A stretch of 63,489 nucleotides of DNA, filler included, from Reclinomonas americana ATCC 50394 (GCA_048213135.1; 28 parts of 28 records of this genome joined end to end with filler, not necessarily neighbours in it), one strand, 5' to 3'. Positions 22,940-34,793 are shown, counted from the first letter of the whole stretch. Notes: generated by a model from the sequence alone, not told the origin. Program-made: numbers and translations.

Positions 22940-23518
22940 ATGCCTGTGCTCTTGTATCCCGCGTTGCCGGATCGCGGGGATGGGGCGCGGTTGGGCGGTG
23001 CTCCGCCGTCGTTGATCGAGACGCATCCGCTTCTGGAGACGCATCGGTATCTGCTGACTCTTGCCGCGGGCTGCGCACCGTGGACCGGCAGCCGTGAGGT
23101 GTCGGTGGTGTTGCGTGCCGGCTTCGGCATCGAGGACGAGGATGTCGTCTATCCGGACATGGCGATGCGGGCGATCGTCCATGATCCCTCACCGCGTGGT
23201 GCGCGGGACGACCTGGGGTGGCCGGGACTGCGTGCGACAGCGCTGATCCAGCGACCGGACGCCGCGTCTACGCCGGCTCTGGTGCGGATCGATGACGAAC
23301 CCGTCTTGATTCAGGGTGAGCCTGCGTTCGCTGATGCCGTGCGCGCCGATGGGCATCGATTCCTCTTCCAGATCGATGAGGAGGGGTGGCCTGTGGAGGG
23401 CGAGCTTGAAGACGTCATCACGGAATATCTGTGGGGATATGGCTCGGTGTACTTCTACGGCACACCGGATGAAGACGGGACCGTGCGCGACGTCGTCGCA
23501 GGCTTCCTCGACTTCTAG
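22940..23518 (+). CDS. Hypothetical protein (DUF1963/YwqG-like C-terminus)
   Basis: RLGGAP near the start. FLFQIDE..YLWGYGSVYFY at the end. Confidence 0.55.
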   Translation: MPVLLYPALPDRGDGARLGGAPPSLIETHPLLETHRYLLTLAAGCAPWTGSREVSVVLRAGFGIEDEDVVYPDMAMRAIVHDPSPRGARDDLGWPGLRATALIQRPDAASTPALVRIDDEPVLIQGEPAFADAVRADGHRFLFQIDEEGWPVEGELEDVITEYLWGYGSVYFYGTPDEDGTVRDVVAGFLDF

Positions 23519-23579
23519 CCGAACGGGTCAACTGTGTTGCACCACGCAGGCCCCGAAGCGTCGTCGTTAAACTGCTCCG

Positions 23580-24101
23580 GTGGGAACCGATGAATATCGT
23601 GATGCGAGCCCGCGAGAACCGGTCAGTTCGGCACGCGACAGCGTGCCGCAGGGGCGACTCACGTTCCGCACGGTGTGGGGTGGTCCGTCCCCGCAGGCGG
23701 GCTTCATCGAGGAGCTCGCCCGGATCAAACAGCGCGTGCGAACCGTGGATTTCTCGTACCACTTCGACCTCTTCCTCACGGTCGGTGGCGAGATCACGCC
23801 GGTGCCCAGCCCGTCCGGATTGCGGACACCGCGGGTGTTTCTGCCGCGACGCACTGTCACGGGAGAAATCCGGATCAGCAACGACGATGTCAGCGCCGCT
23901 TCTGATCCGATCGCCTTCCTGCGGCAGACGATTCACGCGGCACTCGCCGATCTCATGAGGCGCATCGCTGCCCGTGACTCTGCCTTCGACGGGGACGCGG
24001 AGCGAGGGAAGATCGCGTTCCTCATCGACGAAGAGGCCATCCCCGGCGCGGATGCAGCTCCTGATGCGGCGACGCCTGCTGCGGAGAAGACGGGCCAGTG
24101 A
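23580..24101 (+). CDS. Hypothetical protein, Imm12-like immunity candidate
   Basis: VWGG..FDLFLTVGGEIT..SGLR..TVTGEIRI pattern. Confidence 0.45.
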   Translation: MGTDEYRDASPREPVSSARDSVPQGRLTFRTVWGGPSPQAGFIEELARIKQRVRTVDFSYHFDLFLTVGGEITPVPSPSGLRTPRVFLPRRTVTGEIRISNDDVSAASDPIAFLRQTIHAALADLMRRIAARDSAFDGDAERGKIAFLIDEEAIPGADAAPDAATPAAEKTGQ

Positions 24102-24856
24102 AAACGCCTGGCGACGCCGAGCTGTCACGCCGCTGGACACCGGATCGGCTGGCTGCGCTGCAGGAGCAGGTTCTGGAGCAGGCGCGGATCGTGAAGGGTC
24201 CGCATCGATTCGACACCGACTGGGCTGCGACGGATGAGGGCCGGCTGGATCTGCGCGGCGTGAAAGCGGGGCGGGATGGCCTGCAGTTCCGGTTCATCAC
24301 GTTGTCCCGCGTCGACTTCCGCCGCGCACGAGGCCGCCTGATGTTCTTCGAGTCCGAGCTCTCCGACTGCCTGTTCGATTCTGTATCGCTCACCGGGCAG
24401 CCCCGTTTCGACCGCGGCTTCGTGCGATGCAGTTTCCGTGACGCATCACTGAAGGGGTTGGCGATCGGCACGCAGGTCACCGAGTGCGACTTCACCGGGG
24501 CTGACCTACGGGTGGTGAAATCGTTGCCGAATACTCGATTCGACCGTTGCACCTTCGACGGTGCCGACCTCGGCGGAGCCGACTTCTCGGATACCACCTT
24601 CACGGACTGCACGTTCGTCGATGCCACGTTCTCCGCGGGAACGAGCTTCACGCGGTGCGCCTTTGTGAACACGCCCGTCGCGTTCGGTCTCGCACGTGTG
24701 ACACGCTCACGTCGTGACGGCGAGCCGCTGCCGGACCAATGGGTGGGCGAGGAGCAGGCCGACGCAGCCCGTGAAGCGTACGCCCAGCGGTATGCGCGTG
24801 CCGCCTCTGCAGGGCGTGCGGACGATCTGCCCCTTGGCCCGGAGGTAGAGAGCTAG
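24098..24856 (+). CDS. Pentapeptide repeat protein
   Basis: CSFRDASLK, CDFTGADLR, CTFDGADLGGADFSDTTFTDCTF. Confidence 0.85.
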   Translation: MKTPGDAELSRRWTPDRLAALQEQVLEQARIVKGPHRFDTDWAATDEGRLDLRGVKAGRDGLQFRFITLSRVDFRRARGRLMFFESELSDCLFDSVSLTGQPRFDRGFVRCSFRDASLKGLAIGTQVTECDFTGADLRVVKSLPNTRFDRCTFDGADLGGADFSDTTFTDCTFVDATFSAGTSFTRCAFVNTPVAFGLARVTRSRRDGEPLPDQWVGEEQADAAREAYAQRYARAASAGRADDLPLGPEVES

Positions 24857-25102
24857 TCGTCTGGCGCCGTCTCAGGGGCGCTGGTGGCATCGAACAGCAA
24901 TCTGTCGACGACGTGGTCGTGTCGGGCTGGCGGCGTGATGATGTGCGTCAGCAGATCCTCGAACTGCGAGAACACGACATCCGCCTCTTCGAACTCCGGC
25001 TCCGTTCCGTGGACGACTGCTCCATCGTCTCGCACTGCGAGGTACTCGTAGCCGTTCCGCACGGAAAGCAGGATCGGCAAGTGGCGCTTCCAGAAACGGG
25101 AG
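24853..25102 (-). CDS. SMI1/KNR4 (SUKH)-like protein, C-terminal part
   Basis: FWKRHLPILLSVRNGYEYLAVRDDGAVVHGTEPEFEE. Confidence 0.6.
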
Positions 25103-25202
25103 NNNNNNNNNNNNNNNNNNNNNNNNNNNNNNNNNNNNNNNNNNNNTTAATTAATTAANNNNNNNNNNNNNNNNNNNNNNNNNNNNNNNNNNNNNNNNNN
25201 NN

Positions 25203-27038
25203 TCCGCATTTCTGTTGAGCAGGGTTGCAACAAGAAGAGGATACTGGTGAAGGCATTCGGCCTCATAGCACCCTTGGTGATGGGATCCACAGTCCTCCAC
25301 CACCAGTGCCTTCTCTTGCAGCTTGCCTGTGGCGAATGCGGAATACCGACGGAGGGACCTGGCTGTCCGTCATCCGCAGTCATGTCTGCATTCGGCAAGA
25401 GTCTTGCCAATAGTGCCAACAACGCACGCAGCGAGACGCCAAAGTCGGTGGAGGGTGTGCTCGAGAGCTTGAGCAACTTCATCGAGGTAAGTGTCTCTGT
25501 CTTGACTTTGTATTTCATTCGACTGTGCCGCGCCTGCTTGCTGATCCGACAATCATGTGTGTATGTAATCATCAGAAAAGCAGTCTTCGCGGAGCCGAGC
25601 TGGTGAATGCTGTCGAGAGACCAATAATTGTGATTGACGAACGTGGCCATTCTGAGGCATGCGAACTGTGATTGTGTGCATTGATGTACATCAATGATGT
25701 TGTCTCACTTTCTCGATTCTCGGTGACAGAAATCAGCCAAGCTTAAAAGCAAGCTAAACGTTCTTCTGCCATTCGCCACACAGGCCATGCAAGCTCTCCG
25801 TAACTTCCCTGGCCTGCTGGTCACTCTGCTTCGAGACGGATGTCTGTCCGAGGCGGAGATTGCACGTGCCGTCGAGTGGTGCAGTGAGCGAGGTTTGGGA
25901 GCGTGACACACATTTCTGCACAGTGTGTGCTGGTGCTGACAAGCAAGTGACCAGTCGTGAGGGAGATGGAGATGGTGAAGAAAGAGAAGAAGAGAGAGGA
26001 CGACGAACAGGCGGATGATGATGACGACAGCGAGAATGAGGACGATGACGTGGAGGGGAAAAGGAGACACAAGGTACGCCCCTCACTGCTATGTGTGAGA
26101 TGCGAATTATGTGTGCATTCCGAAACTGCATGGTTCTCAATCGCAGCGCCGGAAGAGTGGCCCTGCGAAGTTGAGCATCAACGAGCAGCTAATGCTCGCG
26201 AGGCTACATGTTGCGTGTTGCTGTTATCTCTGCATGTCGCCGAAAATGTTGTCATAATCGTTTCACCGACCGCATTGCAACAGGGCTACAACAGGAAGAA
26301 GATACTGGTGAAGGCATTCGGCCTCATGGTACCCGTGGTGCTGGAATCCACTGTCCACCATCATCAGCGCCTTCTCTTCCGGCTTGCCTGTGACGAATGC
26401 GGAATGCCGTCGGAGGGACTGGGCTGTCCGTCGTCCGCTGTCATGTCTGCATTTGGCGAGAGTCTTGCCAAAAGTGCCAACACGGCACGCAGCAAGACGC
26501 CCAAGTCGGTTCAAGGTGTGCTGGCGAGCGTGAGCAAGTTCATCGAGGTAAGTGTCGGTGTTTTGTGCTGTTTCACCATCATGGATACGCGGCTGGTGAC
26601 TGACTTGAGTTCAATGTATGCGGGACCATTAGAAGAGCGGTCTTCGAGGAGCTGCGCTGGTGGATGCTGTCGAGAGACCACTGATTGTGGTTGGCGATCG
26701 TGGCTACTCTGAGGCATGTCTCCTGGATGTGTGGTTCTGTGAATTGATGTTAGTTTGCTCACTATGCGTACTCTCGGGTGACAGGAATTTGCAAAGTTGC
26801 CGAGGCGAGGTCCTCCAAATTCTCTTCTGCCATTTGTCACGCAGGCCATGCATCTGCTCCGCGACTATCCAGGTCTGCTGGCCAGTCTGCTTCGAGATGG
26901 TTGTCTTTCGAAGGTGGAGATTGAGCGTGCTGGTGAGTGCTTGTCACGTGACAATGTTGGTGCACCTTGTTGTTGTTGCGTGTCGTTTCATCATGAGCAC
27001 TGACGAGCATAATGTAGTGTATGGTGACGAGAAGCCGG
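25203..27038 (+). repeat. Two diverged tandem copies (period about 1.06 kb) of a spliced eukaryotic coding unit
   Basis: KKILVKAFGL..CG.P.EG.GCPSSAVMSAFG at about 25235 and 26295, with conserved GTAAGT donor and LLRDGCLS. Confidence 0.85.
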
Positions 27039-27530
27039 NNNNNNNNNNNNNNNNNNNNNNNNNNNNNNNNNNNNNNNNNNNNTTAATTAATTAANNNNNN
27101 NNNNNNNNNNNNNNNNNNNNNNNNNNNNNNNNNNNNNNTCGCCTCTCCTCTCACACGCATCCACGCCAGCCACCAACATGGCGGAGACGAGGTCGGCCTT
27201 GTTGCACTTGGGCATGGTGTCGTCGGTGCCGGAGATTGAGGCCTGGTGCGAATATCGTGGCATTCGGAGGGCGGCAGTGTCGCCTGGTGCGGCTGGCACG
27301 CCCGGGGTGCACCTGTCGGAAGCGGATTTTGTGGAGCTGGCACTTGAGAAAGCGCAGGTTGGGCAGCGCGAGGGAGAGGGAGAGGGAGAGGGAGAGAGAG
27401 AAAGAGAGGTGACGGCGCAGACGCAGGAGCATCACGTTTGGACACACTCAGACGCACGCACGCTTACAGCCACGCGCAGACACGCAAGAGTAATTGTAGC
27501 AGAGTCATCACGCACACAGACGCATATATA

Positions 27531-27780
27531 GCCGCACTCAGTCGCACACAGCGGATCATCGCTGACTCGCAATGCACACATATTCACGCACACACGCGCA
27601 CGCTTTGTCGACGTATAGACACAGACAGACAGACAGAGGGAGAGTGAGAGACAGGAGCATCACACGCACACACAGCCGCACTCAGTCGCACACAGCGGAG
27701 CATCGCTGACTCGCAATGCACACATATTCACGCGCACACGCACACTTTGTCGACGTATAGACACAGACAGACAGAGAGAA
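27531..27780. repeat. Tandem duplication of about 144 bp in a CA-rich intron or intergenic region
   Basis: gccgcactcagtcgcacacagcgga..gtcgacgtatagacacagacag at 27531 and 27675. Confidence 0.85.
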
Positions 27781-28135
27781 GGAGAGAGAGAGAGAGAGTC
27801 AGGAGCAAAGAGGAGCATTGCTGACGCGCAAGGCACACACGTGCACACTGTGCCACCCAGACCCCAGATCATTACACGCACGAAGATCTACAGAGAGAGA
27901 GGGAGGCAGCAGCAGCACTGCACGCATGACAGCGACACACAACAAGAGCAATTTCTTGTGTGCGTCTCGCGTTTGCTTCTGTGTCTGTGCGCTTAATTCC
28001 TCCTTTCGTTGCCAACCATCGCAGTGTCAAACGCCACTGCTGCCGGTGGTGAGTAACCTGCTGCACTTTTCCGGGTGAGTCTACAGCCACTCGTGCTGCG
28101 CGCTCTCCACTCGCCATTCTCACATTCTCTCCCAG

Positions 28136-28635
28136 GTTCCTGGAGAAGAAGCGCGGACCCCGTGGCCAGAGCTGGCAACGCCGATGGTGCGCTCTTGTCC
28201 CTCTACCTCCCCGCCCCCCATTGGCGTCCCTCATCCATCCTTCCGCGCAGGTTCATTCTGGACCCGACAGAGCGAGTGGTGCGCTACTGGAAGCTGCCGG
28301 TGGACCAGGCGAGTGGAAAGGCGGCCAAGGGCAGCATTCCGGTGGAGAACAACACCACCGATCGGCACCTCGCGGAATACCTCGGCTTCGATCTGTACCC
28401 CAACAGCAGCAAAGCCAAGCGCGCCTCGTACCATCTCCGCGCCGAGTCCGAGGAGCAGCTCGAGCACTGGCTTTGGCGCCTGGCCTTCCTCTCCGTGTTC
28501 CCGGTGCCGCACATTCATCAGGGCGCCGGTCTCGAGGAGTTTGAGCGCAGGTGTCGCGAGCGGCCGTGGATGGCCGGCGACCGCAACTCCATGCCAGCGC
28601 AGTTTTTGCGTGTCGACAAGCGAATCTACCATTGA
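28136..28635 (+). CDS. PH-domain protein, 3' exons
   Basis: SWRR..FILD..VRYWK..KGSI..YHLRAESEEQLEHW. Confidence 0.7.
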
Positions 28636-29049
28636 AGGCAACTTAAACAAATTCGAACACACGGCCGCTGTGTCATCATGCTTCACGGATACAGTTGGCA
28701 GGTTGATTGCTGGTGCGTGAAGTGGTTGAACTCGAGGGTGAATGGCAGCAACAACAGCTTGCTGCATGCTGATCACCACCTTGAGTGAGGTCAAGGGGGC
28801 ACAGGGCCCACAGGGTTGCCACTGAGCGTATGATCCCGAGGCAAACTGAAGGCTAGGAGGTCGAGGAGTGCCAGAGAACCCGCAATGTTGCAAGTGACTA
28901 ATATCGAATGCGAACAAATTTTATGCTCTCCAGACCGCTGCTCTGCTGTGCACACAAACTAGAAAGTATGTCGTTGGTGCTAAATGGTCCAATATTTGGT
29001 TGAGCGCGCGAAAAAGCATGACCAATCACACTGGCAATTGCGCAAATTC

Positions 29050-29092
<43 letters not shown>

Positions 29093-29093
29093 A

Positions 29094-29629
29094 ATGGGGC
29101 AGGGTGCCAGCAAGGATGTGATTTCCGTCTTGCGACGCACAGCAGAGACTGATGGAGAGGACCTCACACGACAAGAGCTCCAGGCAAGCGTGTGTGTGTG
29201 TGTGAAAGAATGAGTGCAAAAGACTCATGTGTGTATCACATGTGGCAGCATCTGTGGGACAAGTACGATGGCGACCGCAGTGGGTCCATTGGTGAGAGAG
29301 AGAGAGAGAGACTGAGTGTGTGTATAAGGGAGAGAGATTTGCTCATGTGATTTCCGTGTGTGTGAGAAGATCGCGACGAGTTTTTCGCGCTCTTGCGGGA
29401 TGTGCGTCGCACGGCGAATGAGGAGTTCTTCCATGTGAAAGAGCTGCATGCGGAGACCGAGGAGAAGATCCTCGAGCGCGCCTTCCATTTGGTCGATTCC
29501 AACGGCGATGGCGTGGTCTCGCGCTCCGAGTTCACCAACTTGCACAAGGCGCTCAAGCTCATGTGGGAGTGCCAGGAACAGATTGAGACCGAGGCGGCTG
29601 TTGAGTCGGGGGGAGAGGAATGGGGGTAA
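29094..29629 (+). CDS. Myristoylated EF-hand protein (calcineurin B/NCS-like), spliced
   Basis: MGQGASK, EF loops DKYDGDRSGSI.. and DSNGDGVVSRSEF. Confidence 0.75.
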
Positions 29630-30473
29630 AGGGGGGAAAGGGGGGAAGGAGGGAGGGAAAAGGAGAAGGAGAGGGAGAAATCAAGCAGCTGTCAGTCCTT
29701 TTTCAGAGCTATCCTTTTCTGCTTCTCGCCAGCTGTGGTTCTGGTGCTTCTGTCTTTTCGCTTTGTCTCCTCTCTGCGAGGCGGCTGTTGAGTCGGGGGC
29801 AGAGGAGGAAAGGGGGGGGGGGGGTGGGGGAAGGGGAGAGGGAAGGAGAACGGTGGTTGTCAGTCATTTCTCAGCTGTCCTTTTCCGCTTCTCGCCAGCT
29901 GCGTTGCTGGTGTTTTTGTCTCTTCTCTTCCTCTCCTGCGCTTCTCTCTCTCTCTCTCAGCCGCTGGGTAGATTTGTGCTGCGTCGCCGCACCATTCTCT
30001 TCTCGCCAGCGTGATTTGTTCTGTCCCCTCTCTCCCTCTTCTCTGTGCGCCCCTCTCCCCTTCAGTCGCTGAGCGGATCTGTACTTTGTGATTGTTCTCT
30101 CTTCTTCTCTTCCTCTTCTCTGGGCACCTCTGTCACTTTGTGATTTTTCTCTTCGCTTCCTCTTCTCTGTGTACCTCTCTTTCCTCAGCCGCCGAGCGGA
30201 TCTGTTACTTTGTGTCGCCTCATTATTCGCTTCTCGCAAGCGGGATTGTTCTGTCTCTTCTCTCTCCGTGTGTGTCTCTCTCCCTGAGCCGTCGAGTGGA
30301 TCTGTTTCCCCCGTACTCTGCTCTCCAGCTGCATGTGATTGCTCTGTCTCCCCTCTCCTCTCTCTCTCTCTCTNNNNNNNNNNNNNNNNNNNNNNNNNNN
30401 NNNNNNNNNNNNNNNNNTTAATTAATTAANNNNNNNNNNNNNNNNNNNNNNNNNNNNNNNNNNNNNNNNNNNN

Positions 30474-31499
30474 TATTCCAGATTTCCGCTCCAAACGGTC
30501 GGGGTTGTTTGCGCAAATCCGACAGCGCTTCGGTCTCGACAATCCCTCCGACATGTTCGACATTGGGTACTTCGAGATCAACCCGCAGCCGTTCTTCATG
30601 TTGGCGCGCGAGTTGTGGCCCGGCAAATTCCAGCCGACCATTACACACCACTTTCTCAAGTATCTGGAGGACAGCGGCAAGCTGCTGCGGTGCTACACGC
30701 AAAACATTGACTGCTTGGAGAACGAGGTCGGCCTGGAACGTGTGCTGCAGTGCCACGGCTCCTTCCACACCGCAACATGTCGACACTGCCACGAAAAGTA
30801 TGCGGCCAAAGATATTGAGGAGGCGGTGAAGCAACAGGTGCGTCGGATGTTGGTTTCAAGAGGGAGGGGGTTTTCAACTGACATGAGTGACTGCGCGCAG
30901 AATGTGCCCATCTGTGCGCGTTGTAACGAGGGCGTGGTGAAGCCCGACATTGTGTTCTACGGCGAGGCGCTGCCGGCGTCGTTTTTCCACACAGTGGAGG
31001 AAGACATGCCACTGTGCGACCTGCTGATTGTGATTGGGTCGACACTCAAGGTCAATCCCGTGGCGGAGATCATTCGAAAGATTAATCCCACCATCCCGCA
31101 GATTCTCATCAATCGCGAGGTGGTGGCCCCGCCTCATCAGTTCGACGTGCACCTGCTCGGCTACTGCGACAATGCCGTCAGTGCTTTGTGGAGAAGTCTG
31201 GATCGCGAGAAATACGAAGCAGTGCGTCGTTTTGCTGGTGTGCATGTGTGTGTGATCGCGGAGGCCTCATGTTGTTGGCCGATGCAGGTTTTGGATGCGC
31301 ACCGCACCGAGTACTTGGCACGACGGGCCGCCAGTGCACCAGCAGCGGAGGCCACCGTCACTGCAGAGGCGGCGGCGACCACAGATGTCGCCAATGGTGG
31401 CGATGTCAAGATGGAGGATGCAGCACCGCGATTCCGCTCTCGTCGGTTAGCGGCGGCGGCCCAGCAAGCCGAAAAGGCCAGCGGGTACCCCGAGCCGAA
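30474..31499 (+). CDS. Class I sirtuin (SIR2/SIRT1-like), internal fragment; introns 30838-30900 and 31222-31287
   Basis: IPDFRS, YTQNID, QCHGS, CxxC..CxxC, KPDIVFYGE and LINRE. Confidence 0.93.
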
Positions 31500-31599
31500 N
31501 NNNNNNNNNNNNNNNNNNNNNNNNNNNNNNNNNNNNNNNNNNNTTAATTAATTAANNNNNNNNNNNNNNNNNNNNNNNNNNNNNNNNNNNNNNNNNNNN

Positions 31600-32946
31600 A
31601 GACAAAGAGAAGCGCTGCACAACAAGTTGCTCATGCCATTCATGCACGAGGACAGAGAGGAATGAAAAAACGTCGTCTTGGCCTTGATGGCGCCATGCAC
31701 TCACCAAGTGCGCTCTGGCATTTGGTGGCAGCTCCGCTGGCAGCTGCGCCAGCTCAGGTCGCAGTCCCTCCTCGACCACCTGCTTCCACAGCACGTAGAG
31801 TTGTGATATGGACACGCCGCGTCGCTGCAGGAAGTCCTCGTATGGTCTCCGCCGCGCCACAATCTCCCACAGCATGATGCCGAAGCTGTAGACATCGGCC
31901 TTCTCGGTGAAAGGCTCGTTCAGTACAATCTCGGGCGCAATGTACACGGGCGTGCCACAAATGGTCTGGGTGTGCTCGAATGGGTCAAAGTTCTGCCGTG
32001 CCAATCCAAAGTCGGCCAGTTTGACATTCGGCATCTTGGCGTAGTAGAAGGCGGCCTCGCCAGTGACCGGATCCGTCATCTGCGAAAAATGTTGCGTGCG
32101 AGTAAGACGTGGAGACGCCGAGCTACTGAGTGCAAGAATGGAGACTTGCCTCGTCAGGGGCCTCCTGGATCAGGCAGTTCGCCGGCTTCAAGTCGAGATG
32201 CTTGATGACCGGACTGCAGTTGTGCAAGTAATCCAGGCCCTGTGTGCACGTGTGATATTAGAAATCACACAGTGCGACAGAAGGTGCAATTCAGAGACAC
32301 AAAGGAGACCTGTGCCACTTGGTGTGCCATGTCGAGTCGTTGGATGAGTGTGAGATGAAGTGGCGCCGCACCGGGTTCCGCATGCAGACACGTCTCCAGC
32401 GAACCACCGCTCATGAATTCGTACACCAAATTCACTTCGCCCTGCGATTTGCTCTCGTAGTAGCCGTACAGTTGCAAAACGTGTGGGCACATACAATTGC
32501 TGCACCAAATGTTCACGCAATGAGTCCTCACAAAGAGTGCGTGTCCAACAGCATGCACACACGCACCGCAGCACCGACAATTCGGTGGCAAACATCTTGC
32601 GATTGTCGGCCGAGTCGCGCAGGCGCTTCACTGCCACATCCTGCGCAGTGTAACATGATGAGTAAAAACACCACATTCACACAAGATGCGCGCGCGTGCT
32701 GTCATCCACTTTAACTTTTTCGTAGTACTTTGCTCGCGAAATCACCGACGACGCGCCAGCTCCCAGATTGTGGCCGGTGAATGCAAGACGATTGCGATGC
32801 ACCATCATCTCTGGTGTTGGTGGTGTGACGGGTGAGGTGGCGGGCGACACTTCTGCTCCACCGTTGGACGCTGCAAAGCGTTCAGTGAGTGCAAACAGCA
32901 GTGGCAACAGTGCAAACATGCTGGTGCACGTCGTAACGAGATGGCT
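31600..32946 (-). CDS. TKL-group protein kinase, spliced fragment
   Basis: LGAGAS, VAVK, HLDLKPANCL, DFG, GTPVYIAPE and DVYSFGIMLWE. Confidence 0.9.
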
Positions 32947-33046
32947 NNNNNNNNNNNNNNNNNNNNNNNNNNNNNNNNNNNNNNNNNNNNTTAATTAATT
33001 AANNNNNNNNNNNNNNNNNNNNNNNNNNNNNNNNNNNNNNNNNNNN

Positions 33047-33894
33047 GCCACCGGCGGCTGACCCGCGATCTGGTACAGCCGCTCGTCGCGCGACGCCCGC
33101 CGGTCGATCCGTGGCAGCGACGCCAGGAGCCCTGCCGTGTAGGGGTGCGCGGTCTCGTAGAAGAGCGGATCGACGTCGGCCGTCTCGACCACCCCGCCCG
33201 CGTACATCACCAGGACGCGGTCGGCGGTGCCGGCGACCACGCCGAGGTCGTGCGTGATGAGCAGCACGGTCGTGCCGGTACGGCGCTGCACCTCGCGCAG
33301 CACCTCGAGCACCTGCGCCTGCACGGTCACGTCGAGCGCGGTCGTCGGCTCGTCGGCGATCAACAGGTCGGGCTCGTTGGCGATGCTCATCGCGATCATC
33401 ACGCGCTGGCGCATGCCTCCCGAGAACTCGTGCGGATAGCGGTCGACGCGCAGTTCGGGCGAGGGGATGCCGACCACGTCGAGCAGCTCGATGGCTCGCG
33501 CCTTCCGCTCGGCCGTCGTGGTGTCCGGACGGTGCACGCGCACGGCCTCGATCAGCTGCTCGCCGACGCGCATCACCGGGTTGAGGGCGGTCAGCGCGTC
33601 CTGGAAGACCACGGCGATGTCCTTGCCGCGGATCTCGCGCAGCGCGGCATCCGACATCCCGACGAGCTCCTGGCCGCGGAACCGGATCGAGCCGGTGACG
33701 ACGGCCTTCTTCGGCAGCAGCCCCATGATCGCCATCGCGGTCATCGACTTGCCCGAGCCCGACTCCCCGACGATCCCGACCGTCTCCCCCTCGCGCAGCA
33801 CGAACGAGACGCCCTCGATAGCCCGGGCGAGACCGGCATCCGTCGGAAAGCTGACCGACAGATCCGAGACCTCGAGCAGCACCCCGCCGCTCAC
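33047..33894 (-). CDS. Oligopeptide ABC ATPase (OppD/DppD), 3' partial
   Basis: [16 protein letters not shown] and DEPTTALD. Confidence 0.92.
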
Positions 33895-34793
33895 AGGTTC
33901 TTCCCCTGCGGGTCGAGCGCATCGCGCAGTCCGTCGCCGATGAAGTTCACGCACAGCACCGTCACGAGGATGAACAGTCCGGGGAAGTACAGCAGGTACA
34001 CCTGCGGAGTGCCGACGTAGCCGGCGGCCTGGCTGAGCATCGAACCCCAGCTGGTCTGCGGCGGCTGCACGCCGAATCCGAGGAAGCTCAGCGTCGACTC
34101 GGCGATGATCGAGGAGGCCACCGCCAGGCTCATCGCGACCACGATCACGCCCGCGAGATTCGGCAGCAGGTGCGAGACGACGATGCGGAATCCGGATGCT
34201 CCGATCCCGCGCGCCGCGTCGATGAAGTCCTTCTCGCGGAGCGACAGCACCTGCGCCCGCACGACCCGGGCGATGTAGGTCCAGCCGAGGGCGGTGAGCG
34301 CCAGGACGATCGTGGTCGGCGACGGCCCGAGGCCCTGCAGGATCACGGCCAGCAGCGCGATCGCCGGAACGATGAGGAAGAGGTCGGTGATGCGCATGAT
34401 GAGCTCGCCGATCCAGCCGCCGACGTAGCCCGAGATCGCGCCGAGGGCGGTGCCGACAACCGTCGCGAGCACGGCGACGGCGAGTCCGATCGCGAGCGAG
34501 ATCTGTCCGGAGAAGAGGATCTCGCTGAGGTAGTCGCGACCCAGCTCGTCGGTGCCGAGCCAGTGCGCCCCCGAGGGCGGGGTGGGTCCGGTGAGGAGGT
34601 CCTGCTGTCCCTGCGGGTACGGCGCGATCCAGCCCGCGCCGAAGCAGGCGATCAGCAGGATCACCAGCACGATCAGACTCACCACGCCCAGTCGGTGCCG
34701 CAGGAACCCCTTCAGCAGCTGACGGGTGGGCGCCTTCTGCGGCTCCTGCTCGGCGAGCAGCTCCTCGCGCCCCGCGATGCCGGCACCGCTCAT
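33891..34793 (-). CDS. Oligopeptide ABC permease (OppC/DppC)
   Basis: HWLGTDELGRD, EAA-like motif and LSFLGFGVQPP. Confidence 0.92.
   Translation of the reverse strand: MSGAGIAGREELLAEQEPQKAPTRQLLKGFLRHRLGVVSLIVLVILLIACFGAGWIAPYPQGQQDLLTGPTPPSGAHWLGTDELGRDYLSEILFSGQISLAIGLAVAVLATVVGTALGAISGYVGGWIGELIMRITDLFLIVPAIALLAVILQGLGPSPTTIVLALTALGWTYIARVVRAQVLSLREKDFIDAARGIGASGFRIVVSHLLPNLAGVIVVAMSLAVASSIIAESTLSFLGFGVQPPQTSWGSMLSQAAGYVGTPQVYLLYFPGLFILVTVLCVNFIGDGLRDALDPQGKNL

Noticed and set aside
28640..28920. Structured-looking intergenic segment as TPP riboswitch, snoRNA or ribozyme
   Set aside because: Only partial motif resemblance. No complete consensus could be built by eye.
29591..29960. Duplicated gaggcggctgttgagtcggggg segment as an alternative EF-hand exon system
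   Set aside because: A local duplication of about 188 bp in low-complexity sequence, with no evidence of function.
30474..31499. Alternative genetic code in the eukaryote
   Set aside because: Conserved genes read normally once introns are removed, and TGA and TAG both appear as apparent stops.
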